Source of the DNA: the human T2T-CHM13v2.0 reference genome, Homo sapiens
Length of the DNA stretch: 64,000 nucleotides
Strand: one strand, 5' to 3'
Assembly (NCBI RefSeq): GCF_009914755.1
Contig: NC_060936.1
The notes beneath the pieces are model-generated. The model saw only the letters and a list, made by a program, of their open reading frames with translations, made no database searches and was not told the DNA's origin. A program made the position numbers and the translations under genes. Positions within the stretch are counted from its first letter, which is position 1. Every line of letters begins with the position of its first letter. Shown piece by piece: positions 28,106 to 43,992 of the stretch.

Positions 28106-29524
28106 TTACCTATATCTTTTATGGAATAAAGAACAGACTGAGTTCAAATATCTGAAATACTCATTATTTTTAAACGTTGAATGTATATTTGGACTTTATT
28201 TGAGAAATTGTATTGTATGTATTTTTTTTCCTAATATGACTAACAGTTGACTTTACAGTGACAATTCTCTTCCTTCTCTTTCAGTATCACATTCAGTTGA
28301 TTTTCATCATGGAATTAGTGGTATAACATCATTGACTTCTGCCAAAGTGTTTGAATATATTCTTTGCTCAAGGATAGGAAATGGGAAAAAGATCCTTTTA
28401 AGCTATGTGTTTAAACTATCTGTTTAATTCTTGTTCTTTTACCTCAGTGGTTCAAGTTCAAAGTTTGTCAACAAGTTATTTGAATAAAGGGCAATAAAAA
28501 TAGAGAGGTTTAAAAAAATAAGATGAGTATTTTTTCTTAATTTATAAACCCACAAGAGATAAAAATGGAAATCAAAGCTCTTGGCAATATTCAAAATATT
28601 TGAATATTTAAAAGAAGAACTCATGCTGTAAGTAGATTTGGAAGAGCAGGAAAATATATCTGCAATAGAAATATGGCTCTTTGAAAGTTTCAATTTCTCT
28701 CAGTCTACAATTGCAATTATGTTGTTCAAAAGTAAATGAACTGCAGAAAATCAGGCAAATTAATTGAAAACAAGCTGAGTTCTGTGTCCTGAAAAAGAAA
28801 AGAAAAGAAAACTCTTTTGTAAATAAGCAGAATTGTTTTTGCTCTGCTCACCCTTACTTATCTTTGGACAATTTCCCCTATCTGGCAAATAGTGGTGACC
28901 CCCTACATGCCTCTTGGCATTTCACGTCTCATGTTTTAAAATAGCTTTTAAAATAAATTACAGCTATGAAGTCAAGAAAAAATTTCCTCCATAATAACCT
29001 ATTTTTCATGCTAGCAAATCATTAGTGTGGGAAAGTATTTCCACTTGCAACTTGTCGTCGAACCTTCTGTACTTGGTTGATATTTTTCTTTAATAAAACA
29101 AAAATTACTGAGCTTCAAAAATATCTTTCCAATTGCAAACATATTTAGGACAGGGCAAGCTGTTTGAAAATTATACCAACGGTTTGTAAATGTCATGCCC
29201 AATGCGCCAGCCAGCATGTAGCAGTTGGGTCTTGTCTACTTCAGGGTTTTGTAGAATTATTTATAGCACATTTCATCTATTTTGAAAGTCTTTTCCAGAG
29301 AAACCATGCTGGTATGCTCCTAGATAACGTGTGTGTTTCTAAACATTTGTCCTATTACTACTAGTACTCTTTGACCACAGTAAGCTCAAAGCCTTTTCAT
29401 GTTCTTTGGAGACCATTTTAACACCTGGGTCAAAAGTTCCATCCAAGAACCTTTACCAGACACCCAATTCATTCAATAATTTGTCTTGAATACATTACGT
29501 CATTTCCAAAACCAAACCTTTTTA

Positions 29525-29533
29525 AATTTTATT

Positions 29534-29577
<44 letters not shown>

Positions 29578-29872
29578 TTTACTTTTAGAGACATGGTCTC
29601 ACCCTGTATTCAGGCTGTAGTGCAGTGGCTTGATCATAGCTCACTGCGACCTTGACCTCCAGATCTTATGCCATCCTCCCACCTCAGCCCCTCCAAGTAG
29701 CTGGGACTACAGGCATGTACCACCATGTTCAGCTAATGTTTTTGATTTTTTTGTAGATTCGGGGTCTCACTATGTTGCCCAGGCTGGTCTCGAATTCCTG
29801 GGCTTAAGTGATCCTCCTGCCTTGGCCTCCCAAAATGCTAGAATTATAGGCATGAACCACTGCACCCGGTCC
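29525..29872 (-). mobile_element. AluJ with (TTTA)n tail
   Basis: Diverged dimer. Confidence 0.9.
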
Positions 29873-30491
29873 ACCAAATTGTTTAATATGCTTGCCTGTG
29901 TCACACGAATTTGAAAGTCTACTGAAAACAACTTTACATTTGCTTGCATGTTCTGATTTTAAAATAGGCATGTATATGAATTTTGGAGGATGGGGGTAGG
30001 ACAGAGAGAAAAAGAAGGCAGTCAAACCAATAATGTTATATTAGTAAACATTTATATGTCAATGAAATTATTTCATTTCTACGGCAAGCATGGTTACACT
30101 GGTATAAATAAAGGAAAGGAAGAAGTATCATTGCCATTTGGAAGCAACACAGACTTGGGAAGTTAAGGAATGTCTGGATGGAAGCACATCAGGTATGAAC
30201 CAGACAAAAGTTGGTGGGAGATACCTGGTAGACTGAGACTACTACTAGAATACTTCTCCACTATGACATCTTGCTAAACTGGTTTCTCTCTGCCCTTGCT
30301 ATCAACAATACTTATTTTAATAGTCTTGCCAAGAAAGCCCTTCTAGAAGAATACTTTTCATTCACGTTAGAATTTAAAGATTAGATAACATTGGTTGGAA
30401 CCACAGGATATTATTTCAACACTAGGCTGGGCTTATTTTGATTATTTTTTATTTCAGGCTTACAAAAGTTGTTCATATCAAAGGCACCCAC

Positions 30492-30577
30492 CCACTGATG
30501 TGCCAGGTCCAGAATGCACCGCCTTGTCACTCCTGGAAGAATGATGCCATCTAGTGGAGGAGTTGCCAGTTCTTCTT
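30492..30577 (-). CDS. BCAT1: BCAT1 exon 8 (86 nt), [29 protein letters not shown]
   Basis: Acceptor ctgattgacag|AA, donor TGG|gtgggt. Contains the ILPGVTR fold-type IV motif. Confidence 0.98.
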
Positions 30578-30756
30578 CTGTCAATCAGAAATTGGGACAT
30601 TTTCAAACTTTCACTACATTAGGCATGCCTTATTATCAATAGCCATTTTTTTAAAAAACCATCACAATTTTGCTAGCAACAAACATAAAGAAAATTTTAC
30701 TGTTCTGCATGATCAAATTTCCCAAATCAGTTCACACTTCAGGTAGACCCTTATTT

Positions 30757-30887
30757 AAAAAAAGAAGAAAGAAGGAAGGAAGGAAAGAAGGAAGGAAGGA
30801 AGAAAGAGGAAGGAAGGAAGGAGAGAGAGAGAAAGAAAGGAAGGAAGGAGGGAAAGAGAAAGAGAAAGAAAGAAAGAAAAGAAAGAG

Positions 30888-30930
<43 letters not shown>

Positions 30931-31181
30931 AAACAGAAAGAAAGAGAGAGAGGGAGGGAGGAAGGAAGGAACGAAGGAAGGAAGAAAGAAAAAAGAAAGA
31001 AAGAAAGAAAAAAAGAAAGAAAAGAAAGAGAGAAGGAAAGAAAGAGAGAGGGAGGGAGGGAGGGAGAAAGGAAGGAAGGAAGGAAGAAACAGAAGGAAGG
31101 GAGGAAGGGGGGAGGGAAGGAAGGAAGGAAGAAAGAGAAGGAAGGAAGGAAGGAAGGAAGGAAGGAAGGAAGGGAGGGAAG
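30757..31181 (+). repeat. ~420-bp compound polypurine repeat (AAGG/AAAG/GAGG)n
   Basis: Nearly pure A/G on +, with only about three C interruptions. Confidence 0.97.
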
Positions 31182-31382
31182 TTATCTAATCATCTTCAGT
31201 TTACCCTTAACCAGTAAAATAATGAGATGGTTTTCCACCAACAAACAGTAAGAGTTATTGCATGGTCTTAAGAGGAATATTCTGAAGTGAAAATTTACCT
31301 TAGCAGATGAAAGGTGGTTACTAATTAGAATAATGTAGATAGGGTCTTACTCAGAAAAACTGGTCATTACCAAACCTTCTAA

Positions 31383-31756
<374 letters not shown>

Positions 31757-33019
31757 TAAGAGTCTATCTTTAGTGATTTTCAAACCTGGTGGAGCATCAG
31801 CAACAAGTATGGAGATGCTGCCTTTGCTCTCTGAGATTCAAATGTAATGGGCTTATCAGAGTGAGCTCAAGCACGTGTACGGTTAAAAAAGAAGACATTC
31901 AAGAAACAAAACTCCAAAGCTGAGCTACTGCTCTACTGTGAGATGACTGCAGACATCCCTAACTACTGTGAGGTCTAGTAGGACAATTGTTCACAGGCAT
32001 CATGCATGATCCATCAGCTGCACAAGCTCTCCTTACAGTACCCTCTGGCACTCAGCATCTCCCTTTCCTCCCCACTTCTGACACCCAGGAGTCTGAATCT
32101 AGTGAGTCCTGACACTGAGGCCACCACCCTCTCCCTCAATACATGGTGGTTCTAGGCTCGCCCACTCCACTGGGGTTACATCAGACATGCCCAACAATCA
32201 AGCTCTATCTGGAATACCAAACTCTATCTTCATCCTTCTATCCTCAAAACTGGGCATTGTGCCTAGCCCAGAGTGTATATAATAAATGTTTTTGAGTAAA
32301 AAATAAACGAATAAGTTATCTTTGCTAGGATACAGCAGTATGGCTTTTTTGAATTTTGTTTCTGAAAATCATCTGCTGAAAATTGCTTTCTGGAAAGGAG
32401 AAAATTTGTTCTTGGCAATGTTCTTAGGGCTACTCTTTGTCATGTTTAGAAGTGTTGATGATCTCAAAATAAACATGTGTTTTGCAATAGCTAGCCAACT
32501 AGATACATAAATGTATGGATCTATTTGTGTGTGTATATATATGTACACACACACACACACTTCCAGTGCCCCCAAACCGGACCTTTCCTAAAGCTTGCTG
32601 AGCCCTGAGACTACATGAAGTTAAATGAAAACAGCAGCCCCGCATGTGCAAGTGCTGTTTTGTGAAACATGTTTAACACCCAGAACTGTAACCACTAGCC
32701 TGAGGTCAAGGAACAGAACATCTGCTTCTCTGGTTGCCAGACAGAGATGATGACATGACAACATTTGGGTGAGAAATATTCATTTTCCTCTGCAACCACA
32801 AACATACTTACAAGAGCCAGAAATCACTCCAGATTGCCCAACATGAGGAAAACAGAACCTACAAATGCAGCTTGTTTTTGACAAAGAAGTCATTTTTAGG
32901 AGATGAGGAATTTAGAAGCAATAACAGCAGGATTCATCTGTGACTTCCCAAAGTCAAACACTAATGGAAACCAGGAATGTAGGTCTGCATAAGTGCCCTA
33001 AACACCATCAGCACAATTA

Positions 33020-33410
33020 GCCATTTATTCTACAAATACATATTGAGTGCTGTTTACCGTTTTAAGCTCTATGAATACAGCAGTGAACAAAACTGACATA
33101 TCTCCCTGCTTACTTTCTAATAGACACAGGTAAACATTTATTGTGTTGATAGTATGTTAGACTACACAGGGGGAAATAAAGAAGGAAAAGCAATGGAGAA
33201 TGCTGGAATGCTGAGGAGAAATGGGAAATGGAGTTTATGATTTTGATTAAGAGCTCAAGGAAAGCCAGACTGAGAATGGGATTTGTAAGCAAAGATTTGG
33301 AGGATGTCAAAGAGCAAGCGGTACAGACATCTGAGGAAGAGTGCTCCAAGTCGAGTCCGTATACACGCCTGACGTGTCCGAGAAGACTCATGATGTGGCC
33401 TGAGCAATAC
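33020..33410 (+). mobile_element. L2 fragment
   Basis: acatattgagtgc...acagcagtgaacaaaac motif typical of L2 3' regions; orientation uncertain. Confidence 0.55.
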
Positions 33411-35628
33411 CGAGATTCACTGCTGTGGTTGTTTTCCCAAAGTGACTGTGAACTCAACCACAAGGCCTGGGTCTTATTTTTCAGGGTATCTCCAGGGTCC
33501 AGGATATGATACAATGCTTTGTTCAAATGGTGAATAGCAAGCGTATGGGTTAAATTACTCATCAACAGAGTGATGATGTGTGATCTTGCCACCATGGGTG
33601 CTGTTACTGAAATCAAAACTCCCATGAGTTACAAGCTGAGTGCCACACATAGTGACTGTGCACAGCACTGTGCTTTGAACACACACTATCCACCACCCCA
33701 TCCACCTTCCTGCACCAGCCATCTCAACCAACAGGAGCAGTGTGTGTGGGCGCTCATGAAAAGACGGCAGGCTATTACCGAAAGAACTCTGTTTATACCT
33801 CCTATCGGTAACGTTTGTGAAAATCAGTATTGTGCTGATTTTCAACTCGTTTGTTCATTGTATTTTCTTAAAATCATATGATATAAATCAAAGTTACTTC
33901 AGAATTGCATGTCTTTTTTTTTAGCCCAAAGGTTTTTCCTAACATTCTATTTACTTCAAATATATATTCTATTTCCTTTCTCCTTATTCTGAATTTTATT
34001 TGTTCTGTTAGATGAACATCCCCAAAGTGAAGGAGTATATTAAAACTAAAGTTATCCCAGGCAACCATAATCTGAATAGTAACTAACAGTCTTAAGGTCT
34101 TGTATATTTTGCAAGAGGCAGAAGACAAACTCACTCATTTCTATTCTGACCTTTAAAAGCCATGGTGGAAATGTTTCATGATTATTGTTTGGATAAAGAA
34201 CAATTTTCCACCAGGACAGTTTCTGGTGTTTCTGGTTAAATCATGTAGCTCTGATTCAGAGTGTACTTAAATTCTGACATCTCCCATCCATAAAAATAAT
34301 GATGGTACCACCTCTGAATGATGTAACTGTTTTTGTTTTGAGCTGTGTGGTTTTTTGGTGGAGTTTGGGGTGGGGGTAAGAGTGGGCAGATGGGAAGAAG
34401 GGTTGAATCGGCCTATTATCTTCTAAGTGCAGAGGTCAACACTGGCTACAATCTTCCAAGTGTAGCTTTTGTTATATGTCACATACAGTAACTCAAATTT
34501 ATAAATCATAAATATTCCTGTATAAATTTTATTTTCAAACAGTGCCAAGTACAAACAGCAGGAATGGAAGGATGAGAATGATCTGTATCTGGTTTTTCAT
34601 ATGCCAAGGACTACCAATGGCCAAGCCCAGGACAAGGCTTACTCACCATATCTTCTGTTTATTCTACCTCTGACTGCAGTATAAGACTCATCTTGTTAGT
34701 CTCTGCAACTAACACTAAAATTAGTACTTAGCTCTGAATTCAGCCACATCTAAATTACCATTTTCCTCTTTTTGTAGCCAAATAACATTAGAGCAAGAGA
34801 GGCTACTGTAGCTACTTTCAAATATAAACTGCATTTTAAAAAATTTAATTGAAACTACTAACACTGAGACTTCATAAGTATTTGGAAACATCATTTATAT
34901 TTCTAGTCTCTATAATTACTACTGTGAAATGAACAACCTAAGAATGTAAACAAGTCTAAAAATACGCTTCTAAATTTGGTATGATTATCAAAATTCTAAT
35001 AGAAATAAATGCCTGTTTTTCTCCCACCGTTGGCCATTTAATTCAATATCATACACGTTGCCAACACTTCACTGAACCCCTATGGTCTCTGCCAACTAAT
35101 AAAAAAAAACAGCAAAGAAAAGTAATGAGTACTCAGGATATTAAAGATAATAGAGAAATATTGATATCTATAGTGGATATATGAAATTGTCTTGAATGAA
35201 CCAGGATCTAGTTACAATCCCAAGATACATTGATTTATCTTTTAAAATGGTGCTCTTTAATCAGATTGAGTTCTAGAGTAAATTTGGAGAGATTGTGATA
35301 CATTTTCAAAATATGTAGAAAAGGCAACAATTGTTAAAACAATTACAGCCAGAGAGTACACAAAATCCTTCCAGTAGAATCAGTACACTGCATTTATTAC
35401 TCTAGCATTTTATATACGGTATATGGTGAATGACCATTGACCTGATCTGAGACCTGTGTCTCAATGCAAGGTGTTCAGATAGGAAAATTGTTGGGGAACT
35501 GCAGAAGGGATAAGGAAGCAAATCTTCCAATCATGGTAACTTAAATCCCTTAATGTGACATCTCAGTATCTCAATAATCAGTACATCTAGAGCCAGAAAA
35601 ACAAAAAACGAAAAACAAAAAACCTCTA

Positions 35629-35994
<366 letters not shown>

Positions 35995-36111
35995 TTACTT
36001 AGCCTTTGGAACTGTGCTACTTACTCCCTTGTACTAAGTTTCTAGCTCTTGTCTTTCTGGTCCTGTTGAAAATGACTGAGAAATGCACACAGTGAAATCT
36101 GAGTGGATTAC

Positions 36112-36254
36112 CTCCATCTTCATTTATCCAGTAAAGAAAAAGATTCATAGTTCCCACTTCAGTGATCTGATGGTCCTCTCCATAGAGCCACAGGACCTGC
36201 TGACACCCATTATCTACTGCTTCACATTGGGCAAAAAGAGATGAGCCGTAATTC
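36112..36254 (-). CDS. BCAT1: BCAT1 exon 7 (143 nt), (G)[47 protein letters not shown]
   Basis: Acceptor tttctctttcttaaag|G, donor GGAG|gtaatc. Contains the class IV aminotransferase EVGTMNLF motif. Phases are consistent with the flanking exons. Confidence 0.98.
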
Positions 36255-37346
36255 CTTTAAGAAAGAGAAAATACACAGGTTACAAACATACTTCATCCCC
36301 ACTCCCTCATCTTCTACCCTCTGATAGCCTCAAGCTCTTAATTCACATGTGGACATAGTGAAGGTATTATGTTCTTAATATATATACACTCTCTAGTCAA
36401 CTGCATAACATTAAAGGAAAACTCATTAGAAAATCTAAGTGATTTAACTGCATTCATTGGAGAGAGAACAACGTGAAACCTTGAAATTTTAACTTGAAAT
36501 GTAATGATAGAAGAACACAGGTAAATAGCCAAGTTAATGAGAACAGTTAAAAGTTACTATGTTTCCACACACCAAGCAATTTTACATGAATTATTTCATT
36601 TAAATCTCACACCAATACTATGAGATAGACACTATCATTATTTCCATTGTTCAGATGAGAAACTAAGGTTTAGAGAAGTAACTTCTGTCAAGTTGCAATA
36701 GAAGAGCAGCAAGTGTGAGCGCTCTTATCTAACACCTTTTAATGTATCCAAGGAATACATAATGCCCAATGTCTAAATTCCCCTAAAAGATAGGACAAAT
36801 GTTAAAAGTCTCGATGTTGACCAAAAAGTATTTCAAAAGCCTATTTTTCTCAGCCTGCACCATTCATCTCAGATTATTTAAAATGAAAGGAACACAGCAC
36901 ATTTTCCCGGAATGACAATTTAGTGTTATAATACTTTTAAGGTATCATCTTTTATCTAAACTTATATGGGAAAATTATGGAGTATATTATAAAATAAGGA
37001 TGAATATTTTAGACAAAACATGAGAGTCCTCAAATAAATGTGATGACTGCTTGCCTCCCTACACCCCTGGTTGTATAACTCAGTAGGTCTGAGAAGTACT
37101 GCCGTAAGACAGTCAGGGATCGGGAATAAACTCTAGTCCTCCTGTTGCACCATGAAATCCCCAGAAATACACAGAAACAAACAATGAAAAACAACTAAAA
37201 CAACTACAAATGTAGTAATGTAAAACTCCTACATTACATTACATTAATGTAATCTACCACAAAATATCTATTTAGGTCTCTTAGACTCTTTTACATCTGG
37301 GTAAAATTACAATTTGTACTGTTGTCTAAATAAAAGTTGAGCATGA

Positions 37347-37642
37347 GGCCAGGCGCGGTGGCTTATGTCTGTAATCCTAGCACTTTAGGAGCCTAAGATG
37401 GGCGGATCACTGAGGTCAGGAGTTCGAGACCAGCCCGGCCAACATGGTGAAACCATGTCTCTACTGAAAATACAAGAATTAGCTGGGCGTGGTGGTGGGT
37501 GCCTATAATCTCAGCTGCTAGGGAGGCTGAGGGAGGAGAATCATTTTAACTCGGGAGGCAAAAGTTGCAGTGAGCCAAGATAGCACCACTGCACTCCAGC
37601 CTGGGTGACACAGTGAGACTCTGTCTCAAAAAAAATAAAAAT
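37347..37642 (+). mobile_element. AluS
   Basis: Full dimer. Confidence 0.93.
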
Positions 37643-38019
37643 TAAACATTAGAGCCACATGTTAGTGTATATCTACTGTTTTCATCTGCACTATATTCCA
37701 TACTCTTATAAAAACATAGTCTTTCTATAGAGCTATGTCATTCTGCTTGGACTGATAATATAGCATCTTGCCCTACCACAACTGATGACAATATAGCATC
37801 TTGCCCTGCTGCAGCTGAGTTAAAGGGTGGGCATATAACCTAAGACAGTCACATGATTCCTTTTTTGGGTGCATTCACTCATTTTAATGTCTATAACCTG
37901 AAATACAGGCATTTTCTCCCTTCTGGGGTTGCTTACTTGGTATGCTGTAAAACTGGGGTCGGCTGTGTCCATGATCACCACACTTCACAGAAGAAAGCGT
38001 CTGAAGTGGGAGAGCCCTA

Positions 38020-38572
<553 letters not shown>

Positions 38573-38641
38573 CTATGGTGATTGCGATTGGAGCACGATG
38601 AGGTTGACTCACACCAAGGTAATGTTAAGAGTCCTTAAAAG

Positions 38642-39292
<651 letters not shown>

Positions 39293-39819
39293 TTAAAACA
39301 TATGCTTCTAAATACAGATGACAAAATATAAATTCTTGGTCAATGTGGAGATGAAGCAAGTCTGGTATACAGATAGGAAGCTATTAAAAAAACAATAAAA
39401 TAAATAAAAATTAAAAAGACAAAGACAACAGATAGGAAGCTATTGTTTAATGACCATAAAAAGTCAAATAATCCTTATTCATAACTGATAGTAAATAGAT
39501 AACTGAGTTAAATTACAAATGCTTTTTAATAATGAGTATAAACCAGATTGCAGGGGACGTCTGGTAGAAAGACCACAGGTTTGTTGTTAACAGACCTGAG
39601 GACAGCTCTTGCATTTCCACTATTTGGTATATGTGAACTTAAGCAAGTTAGTCCTTATTTTTCCCTCATTTAATTATCTGGCAGATAAAAATATCTGCTT
39701 TATATATCTCATTGGGTTGCTTGGAAAAAATAAATAATAACAATAAAAGCCAAAGGATGAGTTACATGAGACTGTTACATCCTAATGAAATTAAGTTTTT
39801 TAAAAAATAACTATTTCAG

Positions 39820-39945
39820 TGGGGTGTGGTGGCTCATGCCTGTAATCCCAGTGACTCAGGACACCGAGGCAGGAGGATGGCTTGAGGCCAGAAGTCCCAG
39901 ACCAGCCTGGGCAACACAGCAAGACTGCATCTCTAAAAACTAATA
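39820..39945 (+). mobile_element. FLAM monomer
   Basis: Left monomer; flanking aataactattt repeat. Confidence 0.8.
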
Positions 39946-40695
39946 ATAATAACTATTTTATTTGAATTTTTTCTCATTCGTAGACACAACTACGAAGTAG
40001 TGAAGCAGTGAAGTTTTACCCTACCTGAAAATAAATTATTTTTTCATATACAAAATGCCCTTTAGACTGTATTAAAAAACACATAGAGAATTCTTACAGG
40101 ATGAATATTTAGCCTTTCAAAGAAGCTTCTAAATACAAATGCATACACATTTCTGAAAGTGTAGCTGAATTAAAACCATGGCTCCTCAGCTTCATGAAGC
40201 ACTGAGCAAGGAAAGAGGATTAAAGACAGTGACTATTTCAATGCACTGAAAAGAAAAGGGTTTTTTATGTTTAAGTTTTAATTGATTGATTGATGTATTA
40301 TTATATTCTGTAGATGGTCTTTATTCCCCCAAACAAGTTTTAATTTTCCCAGAGTTCTCTCACAGGTGTAAGCTGTATTATTAATGTCCACAGGATAACT
40401 GATACCATGGTAATATAGTTGGGTTCCCGCCCATGTGCTGCCAATATTCATAAGAGAAACATGTTCTTGGAGGAAACAGAAAAATGAAAAAGTAAGAAAG
40501 CTGTTGACATAGAAACATTTCAATATGGTTTTAAATAGGTTATCTGGGAGAATAGACATATTAAATACATCCCTCCAAAAGAATAAATTCTATTATGTAA
40601 AATTTAACTGATTTCTTCTAAGATAAAGAGAGTCCAGGAAATGAAATGAGAAAGTGAGAAAACCTCACAACATCAGTGACTGTGAGAGTTTACTA

Positions 40696-40882
40696 CAGGT
40701 TGAGGATCCCTAATTTAAAACTTTGAAATGCTCTAAAATCTAAAACTTTTTCGGTGCCAACATGATGCTCAATTTGGATTTCGAATTTTTTGGATTAGGG
40801 ATGCCCAAAGAGAAATACTCCAAAATTTGAAATCCAAAACACATCTGGTCCCAAGCATTTCAGATAAGAGATATGCAACCCA
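40696..40882. mobile_element. Tigger4/MER46-like MITE
   Basis: TA-flanked TIRs caggttgaggatccct / agatatgcaaccca. Confidence 0.75.
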
Positions 40883-41224
40883 TACCTGCCAGACTGGGTA
40901 CTAAGTACTTAACTACATTATTTCATTGAGTCATCTAAAAACAACCCTAGACTTTATTGTTCTTTGGAAGACTTGGAGAGAGGATTCAGTTGTAGAAGAT
41001 CTCACAGATAGTTAAGTGTGTAACTCCCAGACATTTGACTCCTAAACCCAAGCTTTTAACCATTAGGTTATCATACTGCATTTGCTGAGAGCTTTCTATA
41101 TGCCAAGTACTATCCTAGGCACTTTCTATTATCTCACTTAATCTGTGCAAGGTATTATTGCCTCAACTTTAAAAATGAGGAAACTGATACATAGAGCAGT
41201 TAAGTAACATGCCCAAGGCAATTA

Positions 41225-41515
41225 GGTTGGTTTGTTTTTAAAGACTTCAGGTTTTTTTCAGAGCAGTTTTAGGTTCCCACCAAAACTGAAAGGCAAGTAC
41301 AAAGATTTCCCATATCCCTTTCTCCCCATCCAAATGAATAGTTTCTACCATTACCAATGCCTCACACCAGAGTGGTACATTTGCTGAAATTAATGAACCA
41401 CATTGACATACCATTATCACCTGAAGTCTAGAGTTTTCATTAGTGTTCATTCCTGGTGTACATTCTATGGGTTTGGACAAATCTATAACGACATTTACGC
41501 ACCATTATGACAGTT
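41225..41515 (-). mobile_element. L1M (MC-like) 3' fragment
   Basis: agcagttttaggttc...ggtgtacattctatgggtttggacaaat. Confidence 0.75.
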
Positions 41516-43828
41516 AGGTTTTTAAGCCAGGTCTTTCTGACTTCAAAGCTTGTACTCTTAAATGCAGAATCAGAATGCAAGGAAAAAAGAAAAAACTAAG
41601 AGAGATAATTTGTGTGTGTGTGTGCACGTGTGCATGTGCAAGAGAGAGAGAAAAAGAGAGAAAGAGAGAGAGAGTGACAGAAAGCCTTATTCCTCCCAAA
41701 TTAACCAAGGAATCACCTGGAACTAAAGCTGTTTCTACAGTGCAAGACCTTTCTCTAGCTCAGTGCTTCTCAAGCTTGGCTGCATGCTAAAGAATCCTGA
41801 TGCTCAGTCTCTGCCCTAGATTCACTTAGATAGAAAGCAGAAAGTTCTTGACTTTATGAGACTCAATAGTTATTTAATAATACCAGTTGACTACAGGTGT
41901 CAAGGGTAACTGTTGACTTAATTAGGTTTACAGATGTAATAATACACAAAACTAAAGTTGACTCCAAATGTCTTTGCCAACTCAACAGGATAATATTAAA
42001 TGCGGAATATTTTGTTCCCCTTGTACCTCTCCAGGTCAGAAGCATAGGAGGAGACGGCCCTAGAACTTTTTGGAAGTGATAGGCATATAGGTTAAATGCC
42101 CATCCTTTTGGTTACCACCTTCCCTCTTGCCATTTTTAATTTATGAGTTCAATACTTTCTTCTCCGGTCTCTTCCTTTCCTAAGAGATTTCAAGTCAATT
42201 TCCATGGATCATAGTCCACCTGAGCCTAATGAATCAAATATTTTTATAATAGATTTTATTATTTTAGAGTACTTTTAGATTCACAGAGAAATTGAGCAAA
42301 AGGTAACAGAATTCCCCTATTATACCCCTTCCCGAACACCCTCTCAGTTTTTCTTCTTATTATCATCTTGCATTAGTGTGGTCCACAAGTCCACAGTTTA
42401 CATTAGGGTTCACTCTGTGTGGTACTGAAAACATTAATTTTTAACTGGCCTACAGTGATCATGTATTCTGCAATAGTGCATTAAATCATTGTTTACAAAA
42501 TAAATTACAACCTGCCCAAATACCGGTTAATAAAGATTGCCCTGCAATTTCTGTGTCCCCAGGTTATCTTTTTCCTAAACAGGTGGGGGAGCTAGAAAGC
42601 AATATTTTAAACAGGGAAACTTTTTCCTTATTACTTTTCATCAAGACTGTTTATTTACTCTCTATATATGGTATATATATGGTATGCAGTGGTACATAGG
42701 CACATGCTCTGCGAAGAAGTTTGAACCAGTAAAAAAAGAAATCAAGAGTCAAAAAAAGGAGTTTTCAACCTGGCTAGCCTAGGACACAGGAAGGTGTGCT
42801 CTAAGCCAGAAGGAGAATAGACTTCCTAGTTTTAATGCACTCCATTTGGATTTCTCTACCCATTGAGGGAATGCAGTTGCTAAAGTTGCCAGTGGGGATG
42901 ACTTTTATAACCGTTCTTTTTTAATTTGGGTAGGTGAGGAGAGAAAAGAAAAAGGAAATACAGCAAGACTACAGAGGGGTCAAAGCCAGTGGTCATTGCC
43001 TCTAATACCCCAGCAGCACGTCATGTGACTCTCCCCTGCCTCCTGGACCTAAATGTCCTACCAGGGCCCACAAGACTGCCATGGAGTCACCTTCTAGGAC
43101 AGCTGCTGCCCTGAGTATGCAAACAGCACCATTTGATACATGCAAAGCAAGAACCCATGCTGCTTAAACCAGTTATTCTCGTTCACCCATAGGGGCATTC
43201 CCAACTCATGGCCAAGTCCACCCCTGAAATCGTCCAACACTTTTCAAATGCTCTTTTATTTCCTGCCAGCTACATATGGCCTATGAGACTGGCCTGACAG
43301 AGCCAAAGCAGGGCTGTCCCGCAGCCAGTTGGCAGCAGGTGTGGCCACAATCTGTGGCAATGAAGACAGCACTTCAGTGAAGCGGGCACCTTCCCCAGAC
43401 ATGACTCCCTGGAGCCAACTGAGAGCCTGGGTCCCAGGACCAGATGCTTTTTAATGCCAGCCGTCAGCCTGCAGCCAGAGACCAGCGCCCAGGGGAAGTT
43501 TATCCAAAGCACCGATGTGATGCTTGTTGTAGTTTCTTACTTCAGTTCTTCCCTAGATATCATATCCAGTGTTTCTCCCTTACAAAGGGCCATGGGCTAT
43601 CCTTTAAACTAGCACATCTAAAAGCGAGGGCACTGAATTCATACTGCGTTTATATAGGAAAAGCTACTACAGCTGGCTTGCTGAAAGATTAAACTGAAAA
43701 TTAACCATGAAACACAATGAGCATTAAAGTTTGAAAAGTATTATATGTGTTCATACTGAAGTGAAATGGCACTAACTAAATGGTCATGAAGGTGTCTTTC
43801 CTTTAGACAGAGACACAGATTTACTTAC

Positions 43829-43992
43829 CCTCCCATCTTGCAGTCCCCAGTTCCACCTTTCCAGGCTCTTACATACTTGGGATTGGCCCACAGGGACACT
43901 GGATTAAAGGTTCCACTTGAAAAATAAGGTCCCACTGGGCTCAAGAGTACAAAGAGCAGGGCTTTGGTAGGCTTCTTGACTCCAAGAGAAGG
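43829..43992 (-). CDS. BCAT1: BCAT1 exon 6 (164 nt), [10 protein letters not shown]...[11 protein letters not shown]; contains PLP Schiff-base Lys222 (codon 43837-43839)
   Basis: Minus-strand translation matches human BCAT1 as I recall it. Acceptor ttgttgcag|CCT, donor GGAGG|gtaagt. Phase-2 end joins exon 7. Confidence 0.98.

Noticed and set aside
30670-31251. 193-aa K/E/R/G-rich ORF
   Set aside because: Simple translation of the purine microsatellite, which cannot contain stop codons.
33110-33881. 171-aa and 103-aa ORFs in intron 7
   Set aside because: Partly overlap an L2 fragment, no recognisable homology, no convincing splice context.
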